Assembly (NCBI GenBank): GCA_045643785.1
Contig: JAZRFR010000197.1
Location: 1 to 46,899 of the forward strand
Reading direction: 5' to 3'
From: Eubacteriales bacterium
Lineage (GTDB): Bacteria > Bacillota > Clostridia > Oscillospirales > CAG-272
Length of the DNA: 46,899 nt
Shown here: in pieces, positions 9,801-18,901 of the stretch
Position numbering within the stretch: position 1 is the first letter of the stretch
Layout of the letters: every line of letters starts with the position of its first letter
The notes under the pieces: generated by a model
Databases searched by the model: none
Told to the model about the DNA's origin: nothing
The model's input: only the letters and a program-made list of their open reading frames with translations
Translations under genes and position numbers: made by a program

Positions 9801-12102
9801 ATGCAGAAACCGTCAGTTCCTCGCCCTTCAGCTTCTCGTTCTCCATGTTCTTGAGATCGTCAGCGTAGGTACCAAACTGAATATTGAGCTGACCCTGAAT
9901 GCTGGCTGCGGCCAATACATCTTCGTTACTCAAGTGCTGTCCGTCCAGATAAACAATCGCCGTGACACGGGTGGCTACGTTTCGCTCCAGAGCGGTAATA
10001 CCATACAGCATATTGCCGTCACGGTCCTCGCCCAGGTTGATGCTGTCACTGCTATCCAACACCAGGGGAACAATAACCTTACCGTTGGCGGCGTAAAAAC
10101 GCTCGGTATCCATTTTAGCCGAGGCCATCATCTTGCCGTCAGCCCCTACGAAAGCCACCTTCATAGCCTTCAGAAGCTCCAGGCTTCGAGCCTGATCCTC
10201 GGGGGTGTCGGCGTAGTACACGTAGCAGCTACCGCTACCCTGGGTGGTGCTGTTGACGGTCAGATTCAGTTTGTTACCCTCATCGTCGCGATCCCACACA
10301 CGGTTCTCGCCCTCGTAGCCGATTACGACCTCAATCTCTTCCATTTTGGCCGTAGGCTCTTCTCCATCCGCCAACTCAAAGAGGCCGTAGGTATCGTAAT
10401 CGAACCACGCCATCCTGGTGGTCTCCGTCCCGTTTTCATCGGTAACGGTGACTTCCGCTTCGTACAGGGTATACGAAACCGATATCGTTTCACCACTGTC
10501 CGGGTCTTCCACGGAACGGGTCAACACAAACAGTTCCACCTTATTACCCGAAGGATCGGTGCCCGTTGCGCGAATGGTTTGCTTTTCGGTCAGTACGTTG
10601 CCTTCCAGCACCAAATAGTGCGCCTGGGCGTTGGTACGCACCCAGAAGTCAACAGCCAAGCCGAAGGTATCCTCGGCAACGGCCTCGCCGCCCTGATACT
10701 CACCGGTATTGGTCGCCTTGACGGCTTCCAGGTCATTGTTGAAAAGGAAGTAATCTCTGGGCGCAGTAGTCTGAACGTTGGCTTTGACGGTTGCAGGAAC
10801 AGTGATACCCATTCTTTTGACCTTTGCGCTGATGCTCAAGCCCTTTACCTCAATATAACCGCCCACGCGCTCCTCAAAGCGATACAGAATACCATTGGTA
10901 ATGCGTGCTTCCTGGGTTCCGCTCAAGTAGCCCATTGCATTGGATGCACCGATGCTACTGATAGGGGTGTTGTCAGCACCGATGGTACAGGCGCCCACGT
11001 TCACCAAATGGTTCACGATATCGTTCAAGCTGACGTTGCTTGGTCCCACGTCCTTCCACTTCAAGCTAGACCCGGATTCGGTCAGTTCTCGCAAAACCGC
11101 CAGGTCGGTTACAATGGTCGTATGATCCTTTTGGAACTCCGTCAGCTTGGAGATCTCGACGCCCAGGGCCGACTTCAGCTCGCTGTTCGAGACCGTATAC
11201 ATCATCTCACCCGTATAGGGCGTATAGTTACCTTCTCCGTGTTTCAAGAACAGACGCAGATTCAAGAGAGCGGCCATTGCCTCGGCTTCTTTTTCAAACG
11301 CCTCCAGGAAACCCTCATACATAGCCGCCAGGTTTTGAATATCTGCCACGGTACAATCGGGATTATTCAAGGATGCCTCATCCGGGTTCATACGAGCGGT
11401 CATGTACAGACCCATCATGGTCGCCAGGGATTGCATCTGGCCGCTGTTTCCGCTGAGGGAGCTGTATTTATTGGCCGCCATCAGGTTGGCTTCCCACGCA
11501 TCGTCGACCATACGCAAATAGGCCGCCTCTGCGCCAACCGCTTCGATCTTCGTGGAAGAGATCGCGCGCACGCCAAAGGCATGGTCCGATGAGGTTACAC
11601 CAAAGTAACCGGGCTTATTGCCTTCCGGAGGAATCCACTTGGTATATGCGAAGTTACTGTTCAGCTTTATGATACGGCCGTCCTCACCGTACTCTGCACC
11701 GTACAGAGGGTTGGTCAGAAGCGCCGCCTTGTTCAGCTGCGCAGGACGAAGAACCAAGTTATCCAATCCGTAGGACGGGTCACTCAGGTTGATCATATTA
11801 CCCCACGTGAGGTTCGCCGCCAAAATGGACTGACCCTCGGCCGCGAAGGAATCGCCTATCGCGGATTCAAGAGGCAACCTTCCGTCGGGAGCAACCAGAG
11901 CAATCTCCAAGTTACCATTGGAGGCCACTGTCGTGCTGACCCCCGTCACCTCGGGGCTTCTGGACAAAACGATCCAGGCGAAGGAGGTGGTCATAACCAT
12001 AGTGAAGGAGATCACCAGCAAAAGAGCGACTGCGACAACGCGCTCCTTGAGATCGGGCAACAGCTTCTTATATTCCGCAATGCGTTGCTTAGTATCATTC
12101 AC
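6859..12102 (-). CDS. 1747-aa SipW-type exported protein, probable adhesin-bearing pilin
   Basis: GTG start with GGAGG; TTSFA|WIVLSRSPEVTG site; N-terminal ~750 aa collinear with the 23090-25483 protein; beta-rich repeats and T-rich C-terminus follow. Function inferred. Confidence 0.75.
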   Translation of the reverse strand: MNDTKQRIAEYKKLLPDLKERVVAVALLLVISFTMVMTTSFAWIVLSRSPEVTGVSTTVASNGNLEIALVAPDGRLPLESAIGDSFAAEGQSILAANLTWGNMINLSDPSYGLDNLVLRPAQLNKAALLTNPLYGAEYGEDGRIIKLNSNFAYTKWIPPEGNKPGYFGVTSSDHAFGVRAISSTKIEAVGAEAAYLRMVDDAWEANLMAANKYSSLSGNSGQMQSLATMMGLYMTARMNPDEASLNNPDCTVADIQNLAAMYEGFLEAFEKEAEAMAALLNLRLFLKHGEGNYTPYTGEMMYTVSNSELKSALGVEISKLTEFQKDHTTIVTDLAVLRELTESGSSLKWKDVGPSNVSLNDIVNHLVNVGACTIGADNTPISSIGASNAMGYLSGTQEARITNGILYRFEERVGGYIEVKGLSISAKVKRMGITVPATVKANVQTTAPRDYFLFNNDLEAVKATNTGEYQGGEAVAEDTFGLAVDFWVRTNAQAHYLVLEGNVLTEKQTIRATGTDPSGNKVELFVLTRSVEDPDSGETISVSYTLYEAEVTVTDENGTETTRMAWFDYDTYGLFELADGEEPTAKMEEIEVVIGYEGENRVWDRDDEGNKLNLTVNSTTQGSGSCYVYYADTPEDQARSLELLKAMKVAFVGADGKMMASAKMDTERFYAANGKVIVPLVLDSSDSINLGEDRDGNMLYGITALERNVATRVTAIVYLDGQHLSNEDVLAAASIQGQLNIQFGTYADDLKNMENEKLKGEELTVSASIGKTEMDYDTAQSAADLTTEVTINVQGSQPNTVTAFFLRAINSTQGSREETMTFTKQGDGTWKANYTFTAPGNYILRSVRLDGVEYDLAERPGILVKGFTVKSLTCTEADENRHVTVMTAGGSHTVNLSLAFASDDVTKMPKKVQGRFLRDIDGSAVNVDFTYSPASTMWTGSATFLTSGDYTMQYLILDGEYVELLPEQRQTATVYLGMRVTVYTTSPHKFLYAPSEMTDNQKKLAMQVKIMDNAGNEMPGLNGVKLTYGMKGSGAKTMDATLTWNGTYYVGEFPMVDYEAPDGSTIAKVGGPGIWQFGNVMVGDDVITSATDSPVFTVLSPEPPSYYKHHDTSYQYAPNNNAKMIVDIANSEAAQVMAYIVKAGETEGVWVEGSIQNTYEENGVSIARWEFLIPGEDNTGYQDGNWQLTALKLWDVFSADGVPYTEESPLEIDVTGKNIVSKVVSQVVVKFEENKSQNFGKDASGNVTGTFMQSYTISDLYVDIADIAGAALVNDKGNLLVSDVQLIFTFVSGSSVAYGGYKSDSLSNATEGAIISVRLTPDSTNARFVQSAYFLGDASQATNIEWTAGAAPIKFAGNYMTTLSFKVSGTTYTYTNDSTVQSAKALPANAPVFTVSSKAPTVIISSVSSNASTDRYYLSSTPSSLKVITGSYNKKIDDYNAVVYMYVSAQSGSLDQEQVQIKYPTVTLSLLGIPATHSGVTMVFPSGNNTSSTFAFAAGGTTASATIGAGTNGVFNEGLLGLGASVDTWPKFYPAGKQTVGTITVVFNGMTFTVDLSKDVTINNPQYPPYADFKVNDSTFTGTTPSRVYSEDGETITLTLPVINSWSYDKTDTVPGTETLTSDTTDIVYTTKSASWGRTTYTYYNRNTKVYTSTGTETQYLVTKEIVGWKVGGKQYSPGETITVSGNQTITAVIKETHGTKTTTTTTVTRTVVTFTATGETSTGYRAEKGSKVDSVTNYETTSSATN

Positions 12103-12147
12103 GATCAGCTACCTCCGTTTCTTTTCTTTTTTGCACTTTATCTATCC

Positions 12148-12696
12148 TCATTTTTTTACCGCCTCTGCGCTGATTCGAAGCGTAGGCGTTTCCGTGGTGG
12201 AATCGGTGCGAAGCGCAAAGCTCAGCGCTTCACCGTTCATATCAAACAGGATCTCCTCGCCGCGGTTGTTCGTAAATACGTATACCCATGTGGCGCCGGT
12301 TTCGGCCCCTGCGGGGGTCTGGTGATCCAACGCGCGAGCAGACAGGACATAGGTCTCGCCCGTTACGGTCTGCGTGGCCGTGACAGACATCGCCCGGGAT
12401 TCATCGCCGAACCCGTACACGCGGATGCGAATCCCCGTGTGCTCGGTGCTTTGGCTGCAAACCACCTGAAAGACGATTTCTTCTTCGCCATCGTCCTCGA
12501 TGGGCTGAAGCACGGTGACAGCGGGTTTGGCCTGAGCTTGGAATCCCACATCGGCTTCCCCCGCGGTCATATACCGCGCGAAGGATTCTCCGATGGCAAG
12601 GCGCCCTGCCGTCAGGAGCAGAAGCATACACGCCAGCAGCAGCATTCCCACGGCGGCCTGCGTGAATCTATTTGATTTCTCTTGGCGAAGATCCAT
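12148..12696 (-). CDS. Small exported protein with a SipW-type ARY processing site
   Basis: Hydrophobic N-region then GESFA|RYMT; AAGGAG RBS; co-oriented within the operon. Confidence 0.7.
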   Translation of the reverse strand: MDLRQEKSNRFTQAAVGMLLLACMLLLLTAGRLAIGESFARYMTAGEADVGFQAQAKPAVTVLQPIEDDGEEEIVFQVVCSQSTEHTGIRIRVYGFGDESRAMSVTATQTVTGETYVLSARALDHQTPAGAETGATWVYVFTNNRGEEILFDMNGEALSFALRTDSTTETPTLRISAEAVKK

Positions 12697-12721
12697 GAGA
12701 ATACTCCTTTCCGAAGGTATA

Positions 12722-14728
12722 TCAAGTATTTGCGTCTGCAGCCGTTACGGTGCAGGTCCTGTCACTTTCGGCATTCACCGTAGTGTTGTCTCCGTCGGCC
12801 AGGTAGTCTTGGATATTCGCCTGAGCCTTAAATCCATCGGGAAGCGTTTCAGCCTGAGCGTAGCTGGTAAATGTACCGCTCTGTACCCGGATAATTGCGT
12901 TCTCCACACCGGATTCGTACTTTCTGATCGCCTGGGAGAAGTCACTGATCACCGCACTGTTGGTTACGGTCACCGAGACGATCCAATCGGTGTGGTTCAC
13001 GGCGTAGTTGGCTTCCAAATAAATACCGTCACCGGTATCTGTCCAGCCGCTGACCGAGTACGCAGGGTCGCTGATTTCTTTCAAGGTTCCATGAACCGTG
13101 GAATCCTTGACGGTTACCGTACCGCCCTTCACCACAAGGCCTGTGCCGCCCGTGAGCGTCGATTGGTTAGAAACAGTCAGCGTACTGTCACCCTGAGGAT
13201 GATAGATGGCGGCGTACAGACCGCTCACCTCGGTATTCGACACCACCGTGTCGATTCCGCCGTAGCTACCGTTATAGAGAATACCGGCGTAACCGGCCCC
13301 CGTAACGGCGGAGCCCTGGATCACCACCCGGGTTCTCGTTTGGGATTCGTTTTGGTTTCCGTACACGTGGACACCGTAGAGGTCCGCCGTGATGGTACTC
13401 TTGTTGATGTAGATCGTGGAGCTGGTTCCGAGTGAGGCTTTATGATCCTCCACCCGCACGCCGGTGTCCACGTTGGTCATAGTCACGTTGTTCACGGTCA
13501 GGTGCGCCCCGGTCATATGCACGGCGATCATATTATTGGTAGATGCCGAGCCTTGGATCTCACCGTTCTCTATGGAGAGCTTGGCGCCCTCTGTCAGGGT
13601 CGCAACCCGATTCACACCGTCGCTCACCGACAGGGTCTTGCCGTTCAGGTCGATGGATGCGGTGCCGCCGGTCATCTGCAAGGTCTTGGTCAATTCCAGA
13701 TCCTCCTGCAGTTGGATCACGCCCGCCGTCGGGTCGGTCAAAGCCGCCTGCAGCTCCTGCACCGAGCTGACGGGACGGAAATCCTCACGGCTGTTCTGAC
13801 CGGTCACGGTCACGGTTGCCGTATACGTCCGGGTGTCGTTTTCGGAACCAATGGCCGTATCGTAGGCCATATTGGCTCGGATCTCCTCGGCGGTACACAG
13901 GTACAGCCACACGCCGTAGCCGTCGCCGTTGACCGAGATGGGGTAGTAGCCGTCTACCGCGGCCACCGTGGGGTCGGTCAGATCCAGCGTACCAACGTAC
14001 CCGTCGGTAGCGGTCAGATCTGCTATGAATGCCTCCACAGACGTAAACCCATCCACCGTAAGAAGGTTCCCTGCGGCATCAAAGGTCGTCGTGATGGGAT
14101 CGTATGCATATTCAATCGGGCGAATGTAGTCCTGGGGCGTGATCTCGCCATTCACGTTCTGTCCCCATACGTAGTAGCCCAACACGTCGTACACCCACAT
14201 CCATTTGATCAACGGACCGTTTTGCACGGTGTCGGACAGGAGCAGCTCGCTATGGGGGTAAATGGTGTAGGTATAGCTACTCATCCCCGAAATATAGACC
14301 CGCTCCATAGTCTCGGAATTTCTGTCGGTTTGGGTATCCACGTAGAAGTAGAGGCGTTTCCGCATCTCCTCCTCCATGCCGTTCTTGTTCACGGTGGCGC
14401 TGGCGGCCACGATGTGATCGCCCGCGTTGGTCACCCGCAGAGGAATAATTCCTTCGTCACCGGGTGTTGCGGAAACGGTCCCACTGACGAGCAGCTCAAT
14501 TTGGCCGTCAAACTCCCATTGTTCGGCTTCAAACGAGAGACCGCCCGTCTGCACGACGTTGGTATACCAAGCCACGGTCAGCGAAAAAATCAATACAATC
14601 GTCAGCACGACCGTAATAATGGCCAAGGAGGCCTGCAACAAAACGTTGCGTCTGAGAATTCCCAGCACCCCCGCGTGGCTCAAACGATCGTGCCAAGAAT
14701 TATTGTTTTTTCGATTTTTCTCGGTCAT
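12722..14728 (-). CDS. 668-aa SipW-type exported protein with probable C-terminal beta-helix
   Basis: FSLTVA|WYTN site; LQEDLEL...IDLNGKTL followed by repeated V/I-x-N-S/C-T-I/V rungs; overlaps the upstream peptidase gene by 29 bp. Confidence 0.72.
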   Translation of the reverse strand: MTEKNRKNNNSWHDRLSHAGVLGILRRNVLLQASLAIITVVLTIVLIFSLTVAWYTNVVQTGGLSFEAEQWEFDGQIELLVSGTVSATPGDEGIIPLRVTNAGDHIVAASATVNKNGMEEEMRKRLYFYVDTQTDRNSETMERVYISGMSSYTYTIYPHSELLLSDTVQNGPLIKWMWVYDVLGYYVWGQNVNGEITPQDYIRPIEYAYDPITTTFDAAGNLLTVDGFTSVEAFIADLTATDGYVGTLDLTDPTVAAVDGYYPISVNGDGYGVWLYLCTAEEIRANMAYDTAIGSENDTRTYTATVTVTGQNSREDFRPVSSVQELQAALTDPTAGVIQLQEDLELTKTLQMTGGTASIDLNGKTLSVSDGVNRVATLTEGAKLSIENGEIQGSASTNNMIAVHMTGAHLTVNNVTMTNVDTGVRVEDHKASLGTSSTIYINKSTITADLYGVHVYGNQNESQTRTRVVIQGSAVTGAGYAGILYNGSYGGIDTVVSNTEVSGLYAAIYHPQGDSTLTVSNQSTLTGGTGLVVKGGTVTVKDSTVHGTLKEISDPAYSVSGWTDTGDGIYLEANYAVNHTDWIVSVTVTNSAVISDFSQAIRKYESGVENAIIRVQSGTFTSYAQAETLPDGFKAQANIQDYLADGDNTTVNAESDRTCTVTAADANT

Positions 14729-15557
14729 TCTCCTGTTTCAGCTCCTCAAGTACCTCGGCGCGCACGCGCGCCATCATTTCCTGTTTGATCTCCTCGATCA
14801 GCTCTGCGCGGATCCTCGCCTGCATCTCCTCGTATTCCTCCTTGGATATACCGGGCGGGATCTGTCGGTTCCCAACCGTTTGGGGGGGCGGGGGCGCAGG
14901 ACACCCGACCGATGCAGTCGCTGTGTTTTGGTGTGCGTTCGTTTTTCCCTTGTTTCCGTTCTTTTCCATCTCCAGCAGGGATTCCATGGCGGTTTCCAGA
15001 TCCTGCTTGATGTTTCCCACGCTGTTACGGAAGATCAGTCCGGCGATCACCAGGCACGGAAGCGCGATGCACGCCATAAAACTGACTTCATTGGAAAAGA
15101 AGGCCACCAAATTGGTCAAAAAGTCGGATTCGTTAGAATTCCAGACCACTCTCCCCACCAGATTCTCCTTCGTTACGGGATATCCGTCTGCGGAAGGGTT
15201 CGCATCGCCTTTGGTTTGCAGGCTGACCGCACCGTTTTCATCTACGGTTTTCCCGATCACACGGTGGGTAATCATGCGTCCCCGCATGCCGGGGGAAAGG
15301 GATTGAAAGCAGATCACGTCGCCCGGCTCCAGCTTCTCTATGTCTGTCTCCCGTGAGAGAATCAAGGTTCCCGGAGGAATTTCGGGCTCCATGCTTCCCG
15401 TTACCACGCGAAAGAGGCTGTTCCCAAAGAACGTAGCATACCCTTTCGTGAGCACCTGTACGACCACCGTGAAGCAAATAATCACGGTGCAGGCCAACAG
15501 AACCGTCACGAGAGCAGGTAACACCTGCTTTTTAAAACTGATTTGTCGTTTCTCCAT
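14700..15557 (-). CDS. sipW: Signal peptidase I, SipW/ER-type (copy 2)
   Basis: VVTGSMEP (Ser), ITHRV (His), TKGDAN..AD; N- and C-terminal TM; charged helical tail. Confidence 0.88.
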   Translation of the reverse strand: MEKRQISFKKQVLPALVTVLLACTVIICFTVVVQVLTKGYATFFGNSLFRVVTGSMEPEIPPGTLILSRETDIEKLEPGDVICFQSLSPGMRGRMITHRVIGKTVDENGAVSLQTKGDANPSADGYPVTKENLVGRVVWNSNESDFLTNLVAFFSNEVSFMACIALPCLVIAGLIFRNSVGNIKQDLETAMESLLEMEKNGNKGKTNAHQNTATASVGCPAPPPPQTVGNRQIPPGISKEEYEEMQARIRAELIEEIKQEMMARVRAEVLEELKQENDREKSKKQ

Positions 15558-15604
15558 TTTCTAACCTTTTGCGTCCCCGATGGAGCGAGGACGCGGGGCG
15601 ATGC

Positions 15605-16972
15605 TCAATGACCGCCTGCCAATTCAATACTTAACGCGATGTCGATGACACGGTTCAGGTTGACGCAATCCGCGTCCTGTCCCTCCAACCAGACGAACAT
15701 GCGGATACGCTGGGGCACGTTTTTCTCCAGCCGCACGATATGCGTATCCTCGGTGGCACCTGCCAAACCGTCTTTCTCGACAATTTCTTCAACGTGTTGG
15801 CTGACCACAATATCATTCAGGTACGCCTCGGAATAGGCGTACAGATCGCCGCCTCGCTTGAAGAAGCGCCCCGTCTGCACATACGGCAACAGATGGTTTT
15901 GCAGATATTTGCCGTAAAAGGCCTGTTTGATCTCCTCGGGGGACATACTGTCCGCGTTTTTCTGGCTGTACAGCCAGGTGTCAAAAGCCTGATCCAGGGT
16001 AATACCCAAGGCTGTTTCGGGGGTTCTCCAGTTACTTGTACGCTGAACGGCCAGTTTCCCGTTCATGTCGGCGTACACGACCTCGCCGCCCTCGTAGCCG
16101 ACGGGCTTGGTGATGTAGTAGGCGCCGGGAAGTCCTGCGGGATGCAGGTCTGCGTTGGGTTCGTACACCGTGAAGCGGTAGCCGCTGGTATACAGAGTCT
16201 CCTCACCGGGCTGCTGGTACATACCGCGCAGGGTGGTATAGTCGCTGTCGTACATCGCGCTTCGTCTGTACAGATCCAGATTCAGCTCGTCGGTGATCAC
16301 ATCCGTACAAACCAAAAATCCCACGCGCGCCGAAGCCGCGGCGTATCCGTCGGTCTGCCCCAAAACGTATTTTCCGTTCTCATCCTTCACGGGATCTCGG
16401 ATCTCCGTCAGGTAGCTTCCGCTGTTTCCCTCGCCGTCACCCATGGAAATACGCAGGGTATAGTCGGCACTGGGAGAGACGACCCAGAAATCCAGGAAAA
16501 CGTAGCTTCCCTTTTTCGCCAGGTCTCCCTGCTCGGGCGTCAGGTTGGCGTATAGCAGATCGGTATCACAGGGGAATGCGGATATGGGCTTGAGCTGGCC
16601 AACCACAGCCGTCCCATCAATGACCTCGCGGTCATTATAATCGTATGTTTCCGCCAAATACCAGTTGACACCGTCGGCCGTGGAAACGGGGGTCAGCCCG
16701 GCCAGGTCATGGAGGTAGTCGTACTGCTCGTATTCGGAAAAATGCAAATTGCTGTCGAAGTGTCCCGGGAAATGGTAGGTGACACCCCCCACCTCCTTGG
16801 ACAGATCGGGCGCGATCAGAATGGTGTTGCTGCCGCCGATGGTGATCTGTATACCCTCCACGGCGGGGGAATCCGAAATGGTAAACCACGCATACGACAC
16901 CGTCACGATCATAACGGCCGTCAGAACCAACGCCATGACCGCAGCCACAAGCTTGCGAATCATTTTATTCAT
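15605..16972 (-). CDS. 455-aa SipW-type exported pilin-like protein
   Basis: VTVSYA|WFTISDSPAV; LDFWV; YEPNADLH; C-terminal RMFVWLEGQDADC. Confidence 0.78.
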   Translation of the reverse strand: MNKMIRKLVAAVMALVLTAVMIVTVSYAWFTISDSPAVEGIQITIGGSNTILIAPDLSKEVGGVTYHFPGHFDSNLHFSEYEQYDYLHDLAGLTPVSTADGVNWYLAETYDYNDREVIDGTAVVGQLKPISAFPCDTDLLYANLTPEQGDLAKKGSYVFLDFWVVSPSADYTLRISMGDGEGNSGSYLTEIRDPVKDENGKYVLGQTDGYAAASARVGFLVCTDVITDELNLDLYRRSAMYDSDYTTLRGMYQQPGEETLYTSGYRFTVYEPNADLHPAGLPGAYYITKPVGYEGGEVVYADMNGKLAVQRTSNWRTPETALGITLDQAFDTWLYSQKNADSMSPEEIKQAFYGKYLQNHLLPYVQTGRFFKRGGDLYAYSEAYLNDIVVSQHVEEIVEKDGLAGATEDTHIVRLEKNVPQRIRMFVWLEGQDADCVNLNRVIDIALSIELAGGH

Positions 16973-17034
16973 ATTGCCTTAGTCTCCGGGGCGGTTCAGC
17001 CGCCCTGTGTGACGTCTTGGGTGACGCCTGCTGT

Positions 17035-18864
17035 TTATTTGGATGCGGACTGCCGCGCCTGCTGTCTTTGACGGCGTTCTCTCTCGCGGGCTTCCTGTTC
17101 TTGTCTCAACTTCTCGGCTTGCTCGGCGCGCCGCTTCAGGCGGCGGTCCAGCGTGGTGCGGAAGCCCTGCAGCGTCTGGGCGTAGCAGGCCACGGCGGCC
17201 ATATCCCGCTCATGCTGCTCGGCGCGGAGTCGTTCCTCCTCGGCCTCCTGCTCCAGGCGCAACCGCTCCAGGCGTTCTTCCTCCTCGCGGATAGCCTGTT
17301 GCTCGGCCAAAAAAGCTTCGTAGCGCGCCCGTTCCTTTTCGTCGCGGCGGCGTTGCTTTTCCCGCTCTGCTTCCTCGCGGCGCAGTCGCTCGGTCTCCTC
17401 CAGCACCTCCACGGCGTCGGCAAAGTCCTGCTTGGCTTCTGCTTCCTCGGCCGCTTGCTCCTCACGAGCCATCTTATGCTCTTCAAGATGCTCGTGGAAG
17501 TACGCCAGCTCCTCTCGGAACAGCTTTCCGCGGCGGCGGTCCTCCTGCTCGCGCTCCATGCGCTCCAAGAGAAGTCGCTCCTCCTCGGCGGCCTTTTCCT
17601 GACGGATGCGCTCCTTCTCCACCTCTTTTTCGTGGCGGATGCGCTCCTTTTCGGCCTCCTGCTCCTGACGGATGCGCTCGGCCTCCTCGCGTTTTCTCTG
17701 CTCCTGTTCAGCTACGAGGCGGCGCCGCTCCTCGGCCTCCTCCTGCATGAGCTGTTCTCGGGTCAGCTCCTCGATGAGTACCTTGCGGATCTCCACGTCG
17801 GGAATATCGTAATCCTCGGTCAGCTCCTCGATGATCTCCTTGATGACCTTGGGCTTCAAGGCACGCTTGCGCTGTTTGCTGGGAACCGGCATTCTGCGGT
17901 CCTTATCCCGCTCCAGATAGCCCTTGAGCACGACGTAGTTAAAAAGGATGTTGTGGTAAATATCCCGCTCAAAATCCTCGTTTATGTAGGGATTCTGCTC
18001 GATGATCTTAATGGTATAGCCCACGTCGCCGTAATTACGCAGGAACTCGAACAGCTCCACGATCTTACGGTAGTTGGGGTTTTTCTTCAGGACGTTGGTC
18101 TTGGTAATGGTTCCCTTCACGCGGGACAGCTTGGACAGGGTCTGGGCAAACTGGCTATGCATAAAGGTCGTCAGCAGGCGGTGCAGGCGGGAGATCCGCT
18201 CGAAAACCTCGCGGTTCTTCTCGTCGGTCTCCATGGCGCTGTCGATATCCCGAATGTGCATGAACATATCCAAATGCACGGTTTCGGTGGCGCTGGCCAT
18301 ATCGCTGCGCATTTTCAGCTTGGCGCCGAACTCGTCGCTCATGGCGGAAAACAGCGCGTCGTAACGGATCTTGACGAACTGGTACGCCATCTCCAACGTG
18401 GTGAACACGATACGGTTCTCGTAGAGACCGATGGTATCCTCACGGTAGCGCTGCATGAGACGGCTGGGACGCACGTTTCCCGTTTCCTCATTGAAATCCT
18501 CAACGAGGGCCGCGTGCTGAGCCAGGTGGCGCACCACCTCGTCTCCTGTTCGCTTGGCGTTGGCCACGTTGACGATCAGTTCCTCTTCCTTAATAACATT
18601 TCGGGGGGAGGAGATGATGTTCTGGAAGCCCTCCATGGCGTCCTCGATGGCGTCCACCCAGGAGGTATCCACGATCTTTTCCATGCGGCGGTTGGAAAAC
18701 TGGAACTCGTTATCCGCCCGCGCAACGGACTCCATGAAATATTCGTAAAAGTCGGTACTGGAGAGAGCGCGAATCACGCTTTTCGCGTACTTTTGATATA
18801 CGGGATCGATCACTTCCAGCGTTTGATTCACGCGGTCGTTCTTCCCGGATTTTGAGCTTGCCAT
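17035..18864 (-). CDS. DUF2357-like (McrC N-terminal-like) protein with C-terminal coiled coil
   Basis: LYENRI and TNVLKKNPNYR resemble DUF2357 motifs; last ~270 aa are E/R/Q/A-rich helix; directly downstream of the McrB-like gene. ATG 18864 fits the AGGAG RBS better than GTG 18870. Confidence 0.72.
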   Translation of the reverse strand: MASSKSGKNDRVNQTLEVIDPVYQKYAKSVIRALSSTDFYEYFMESVARADNEFQFSNRRMEKIVDTSWVDAIEDAMEGFQNIISSPRNVIKEEELIVNVANAKRTGDEVVRHLAQHAALVEDFNEETGNVRPSRLMQRYREDTIGLYENRIVFTTLEMAYQFVKIRYDALFSAMSDEFGAKLKMRSDMASATETVHLDMFMHIRDIDSAMETDEKNREVFERISRLHRLLTTFMHSQFAQTLSKLSRVKGTITKTNVLKKNPNYRKIVELFEFLRNYGDVGYTIKIIEQNPYINEDFERDIYHNILFNYVVLKGYLERDKDRRMPVPSKQRKRALKPKVIKEIIEELTEDYDIPDVEIRKVLIEELTREQLMQEEAEERRRLVAEQEQRKREEAERIRQEQEAEKERIRHEKEVEKERIRQEKAAEEERLLLERMEREQEDRRRGKLFREELAYFHEHLEEHKMAREEQAAEEAEAKQDFADAVEVLEETERLRREEAEREKQRRRDEKERARYEAFLAEQQAIREEEERLERLRLEQEAEEERLRAEQHERDMAAVACYAQTLQGFRTTLDRRLKRRAEQAEKLRQEQEARERERRQRQQARQSASK

Positions 18865-18901
18865 ATCCACGCCCTCCTTTCAGTCGGAATGGGATTGTGC
18901 T

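Noticed and set aside
7672-11592. 1306-aa plus-strand ORF and similar shadows (102-1565, 2978-4999, 17017-18855, 23066-25105, 45078-46595)
   Set aside because: Antisense shadows of well-supported genes in GC-rich, codon-biased DNA.
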